A stretch of 64,000 bases of DNA from Candidatus Latescibacterota bacterium (GTDB lineage: Bacteria; Latescibacterota; UBA2968; UBA8231), in the NCBI GenBank assembly GCA_965197905.1, contig CBDAOB010000005.1, positions 1,024,001 to 1,088,000 on the forward strand, written 5' to 3'. Shown piece by piece: positions 60,755 through 64,000 of this stretch. Position 1 is the stretch's first letter; the number at the start of each line of letters is the position of its first letter. The position numbers and the translations under genes are program-made. The notes below the pieces were generated by a model. That model was given only the letters and a program-made list of their open reading frames with translations, did no database searches and was not told where the DNA came from.

Positions 60755-61357
60755 TCAGTTGTTCGACAATAGTGCTTCCAGACCCTTGCCCACGAACCAA
60801 CCAAGAACTCCGGTTACTACCAGGATCACCCAGAGATATCGCCAGACTGTATTTCGCAGTCTGTTCCTCGTCAGGGCCCTGATATCTCGATCAATAACCC
60901 AGCGCTCCGTGCCAGCATCGTACTTACCCTTAAGAATCCAGCCGGCACCAGACTTCACAATCCTGTCAAAAGCGGGACCACCAAGCAGATAGGGACCTTT
61001 CGACGTGTAGGCATAAATGGGGAAAGGAGTGTTACCGCCAAATGCTTTGGCCACCTCCTCTATTAGATCGATGCCTTGCCGAGCATCATCCCGATTCGCA
61101 TCCAGTGAATCGGCAACCTCCCTGAGCCGAGTGGCCTCTGCGCTCACCTTGGATTCGATCTCTATCGCCTCGTCCACGGTGTCATAGAAATAGATGTCGC
61201 AGAGCAAAGCATCGGGCGGACCGTCCCTCCGAATGGCGTCGAGAACATCAACCGGCTTTTCGAAGGTGCGCACGGAGAAGTCTTCTCGGTGATCTGTCTC
61301 GAATTTTTCGCGGTTTGAGGGCAAATCGTCCACAAACCAGACGCGGTGTCTCTTCAT
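60755..61357 (-). CDS. Orphan receiver (REC)-domain protein with C-terminal TM helix
   Basis: 'WFVDD', 'ALLCD', 'AYTSK' and 'WILKG' REC landmarks; hydrophobic 'YLWVILVVTGVLGWFV'. Confidence 0.7.
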   Translation of the reverse strand: MKRHRVWFVDDLPSNREKFETDHREDFSVRTFEKPVDVLDAIRRDGPPDALLCDIYFYDTVDEAIEIESKVSAEATRLREVADSLDANRDDARQGIDLIEEVAKAFGGNTPFPIYAYTSKGPYLLGGPAFDRIVKSGAGWILKGKYDAGTERWVIDRDIRALTRNRLRNTVWRYLWVILVVTGVLGWFVGKGLEALLSNN

Positions 61358-61602
61358 GCTGGGTCCGGCTACTGGGCGCGAAGGCGCAGGCGACGCGCCG
61401 GCAGGGCATCCGTCAATTCCATATCCTTCTCCCAATCTACCTATCTAAAGCATGGTCACAATTCAATTATATTTTAACTATCAACGAAGCAGGCCCGTAC
61501 GGCAAAATGAGGTCAGGCGGTTTTGGGTTTGAGGACCGCCTGCATTTTGCTTAAATACCTATCTATCGAATTCCACCGCTGCGCGTCGAGGGAGATGAGA
61601 AC

Positions 61603-62457
61603 ATGGACGACAGAAAGATCGATGACAGAGACTGGTCGAGGCTGACCTTGGGGGAACGGATTCAACAGGTGGAGCTGGAAGGGTATCTGATCATCCCGGA
61701 TACGCTGTCCCCCGAACATATTGCGCGGATCAAGGAGCAGGCGGAACGATGGGAGACCGTCCCCCGCGATTACAGCGAATTTCAACGGGGCGCCACCAAC
61801 GTCGAGTTCAAAGGGGGAGTGGTAACCGATCTAATTGCTCATCCGCCCACCATCGAATTTCTGGAGGCCATATTCGGCGAGGAAATCGTATTTTTATACG
61901 CCGGGTACGATCGGTCCGAACCGGGTACGCCGGGCATCAGTCTGCACACTGATGGCCAACCATACGGATCGACCATCTTCGGCCTCAACGGGAGCTGCCC
62001 CTTCACCATTCGTGTGCTCTATTATCTGGACGACCTCACCCTCGATGTCTCGCCGTTTCGGGTCGTGCCGCGCTCACACCTGTGTATGCACGCCGACGCC
62101 AATCCATACAAGCGCTATACGTCTCATCCAGAAGAGGTCATTGTGCCATGTACCGCGGGTTCGGCGCTCTTCCTCAATCACCGCACCTTTCACGGCACCG
62201 GCCCCAACGTTGGAAATCATACCCGCTCCATGTTGTCGGCAGCCTACCGTCCCGCCTGGGCTGGTCCTATTTCTGAAGTGGAACCGTGGGATGAAACTGA
62301 CCTGGCGAATTTACCCGACAACGTCCGGCGTTTTTTTGTGGACCGCAGTACCCGGCATTGGGACTACGGCGTTCCCAACAAGCCGGCCAACATGATCAGT
62401 GATCCCCCGGGCTTGAGCCCCAGTCGTTGGCAGAAGGAAACGGCCGTAGCATTCTAG
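61603..62457 (+). CDS. PhyH family dioxygenase
   Basis: 'ELEGYLIIPD', 'LHTDG', 'VVPRSH', 'FHGT'. Confidence 0.9.
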   Translation: MDDRKIDDRDWSRLTLGERIQQVELEGYLIIPDTLSPEHIARIKEQAERWETVPRDYSEFQRGATNVEFKGGVVTDLIAHPPTIEFLEAIFGEEIVFLYAGYDRSEPGTPGISLHTDGQPYGSTIFGLNGSCPFTIRVLYYLDDLTLDVSPFRVVPRSHLCMHADANPYKRYTSHPEEVIVPCTAGSALFLNHRTFHGTGPNVGNHTRSMLSAAYRPAWAGPISEVEPWDETDLANLPDNVRRFFVDRSTRHWDYGVPNKPANMISDPPGLSPSRWQKETAVAF

Positions 62458-62517
62458 CTCGGTGGATAGCTGCTTAAGGATCAGACCGACGAGGTGTCGG
62501 TCATCGCAAAGGAAAAG

Positions 62518-62619
62518 ATGACACTCCCCAGCGGTCGTTATGTCGCCATCGATTCCGCTCACGGAGGCGTCGGCCGGCAGGTCTACCTGCTGGACATCGG
62601 GAGCCTCGGAAACGGGTAA
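62518..62619 (+). pseudogene. C-terminal remnant of a TolB/oligogalacturonate-lyase-like propeller gene
   Basis: 33-aa micro-ORF containing 'SGRYVAIDSAHGGVGRQVYLLDI'. Confidence 0.45.
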
Positions 62620-62627
62620 CAGGATCT

Positions 62628-63377
62628 ATGATGACCCCGTACGAACAAGCTATCAACGAAATCGACGTCTTCGGATTTACCCTGGTCCCCGATGTACTGA
62701 CTGCGGAAGAGATCGAGACCCTGAAGGATGCTTTGATCCGCAGCGCAGACCGGATGGGCGAGGACGGGTACGAAAACCGTGGGGGCACTTCGCTGCTTGT
62801 TCGCAATCTGCCTACGCTTGACCCGGCGTTCTTCCAGGTCGTTGATCACCCGGTGATCTTGCCGATCCTCGAGCATTTCCTGGATAAGTCTCTGATCCTT
62901 GGAAGCCTCAGTGCACGCATCGTAAGGCCTGGCGATGGCCTGCAAAACTTTCACAGCGATATCCCGGGACACATGCTCAATCCCGTGTCGCCGGTGATGA
63001 TGAATACCGTGTGGCCCCTGGTTGATTTCAGTCCCGAAGTCGGGGGTACGAGGATCGTTCCCGGTTCCCATAGGAGTGGGCACGACGGTCCACCTGAAGG
63101 ATTTGAGGTTAAACACATTTTTCAACCAACTTGCAAAGCGGGCAGTGTGCTAGTCTTCAACGGTCAGTGCTGGCACGCGGGTGGTGCCAACGAAACAAAG
63201 AACAACCGATACGCCGTTTTCTCCCACTACAGAAAGTCGATGTTGACGTTCCAGCTCGATCCACACGACGACTTCCCCGCCGAGTGGTATGGTCAGCTCA
63301 ACACACGTCAGCGCGAATTGTTGCGGATGCAGCAAGGTCCGGGAGCCCTACACGCGGCGGATGAACATTTTAGTTAG
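62628..63377 (+). CDS. PhyH family dioxygenase
   Basis: 'GFTLVPDVLT', 'FHSD', 'GGTRIVPGSH', 'WHAG'. Confidence 0.9.
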   Translation: MMTPYEQAINEIDVFGFTLVPDVLTAEEIETLKDALIRSADRMGEDGYENRGGTSLLVRNLPTLDPAFFQVVDHPVILPILEHFLDKSLILGSLSARIVRPGDGLQNFHSDIPGHMLNPVSPVMMNTVWPLVDFSPEVGGTRIVPGSHRSGHDGPPEGFEVKHIFQPTCKAGSVLVFNGQCWHAGGANETKNNRYAVFSHYRKSMLTFQLDPHDDFPAEWYGQLNTRQRELLRMQQGPGALHAADEHFS

Positions 63378-63617
63378 CAACAATCGCGGAACGCCTTCCA
63401 ACACAGACGAATCCACCGCGCCAGGGCGCGTACCAGAACAGGGTCTCGTCCCCCATGTTCTCGAAACCTGCTCCGCTCGAGACATGGCTGGGGATGGGCA
63501 TGGTCGGGTCGCGGTAGTCGACCTCGTAGGCGGAAACCAGCTGGAAGTCCGGGATCGCTTCCGCGAACTGCATGCAGGTCACTAACGCCCGTTTCGAACC
63601 GACGTTGCCACCCTGGA

Positions 63618-64000
63618 TTAGACGGTCAAATACTCCGGATCGTACTTGAGGTTTTGATCTTGCGGACCGCGAGCACGATAAACCGGGCGAAACAGGCTCT
63701 GGCGTTTCTCCGGCATGGTTGCAACTATCTCCGTAGGCACCGAGTGGGCGCCCCAGCGGGAATTGACCGTGTTGTAGAGATGAAAGAGGCTGAGACGGTC
63801 CCATTCCTTGTTTGTCCAGGTGACCCCGGTGTGACAGAGCGACTCGGTGAAGATCAGCGCCGACCCCGGAGGACAGCTATAGGTTTGCCATAAATCGCTC
63901 TCCCGGCCGCAGAGCTCATCTGCTCGCTCGAAGGCGGTCTTGTGGCTCCCGGAGATTAGATGAGTGCCATCTCCAGAGCGCACCTCAGTTAGCTCCCAGA
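63618..64000 (-). CDS. PhyH family dioxygenase, partial (5' end outside window)
   Basis: 'GDGTHLISGSHK' and 'PGSALIFTESLCHTG'. Confidence 0.8.
   Translation of the reverse strand, partial: WELTEVRSGDGTHLISGSHKTAFERADELCGRESDLWQTYSCPPGSALIFTESLCHTGVTWTNKEWDRLSLFHLYNTVNSRWGAHSVPTEIVATMPEKRQSLFRPVYRARGPQDQNLKYDPEYLTV

Larger units (their letters stand above)
58853..61475. repeat. 78-bp direct repeat (58853-58930 and 61398-61475), 5 mismatches
   Basis: ccggcagggcatccgtcaat.ccatatccttctcccaatctac.tatctaaagcatggtca.aatt.a.ttatatttt is present at both sites. Confidence 0.92.

Noticed and set aside
63370..63582. Possible short minus-strand ORF/remnant (…IPDFQLVSAYEVDYRDP…)
   Set aside because: Protein-like composition, but no recognisable family or clear RBS; insufficient support.

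Overview
GC-rich (roughly 60%, by eye) bacterial window. There is no recognisable rRNA, tRNA, CRISPR array or transposase. The gene content suggests a heterotroph of the wider FCB group, such as Ca. Latescibacterota (inference): T9SS/FlgD-like C-terminal domains, a PorV-family barrel, cohesin/dockerin-like modules, and many PhyH dioxygenases, SDRs and signal-less beta-propellers. Most of the window is catabolic operons: SDRs, nitrilases, mmsA, acoAB with a free lipoyl domain, an M81 peptidase, kduD, dgdA, a sulfatase and six PhyH genes. The best candidates for an undescribed system are (1) a lipoprotein / TonB-dependent receptor / CTD-bearing 1103-aa cargo / PorV-paralog cassette, (2) five paralogous cytoplasmic GH32-like propeller proteins inside amide/acyl-hydrolysis operons, (3) an E2-less 2-oxoacid/acetoin dehydrogenase operon, and (4) a ~1,740-aa DUF5666-repeat/cohesin/dockerin surface protein beside a TlpA/DUF6029-like pair. 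Several single-base frameshifts, mostly at short homopolymers, look like sequencing error. The last 9 kb carries several gene remnants and a 78-bp direct repeat. All family calls are by motif recognition only; no searches were run.
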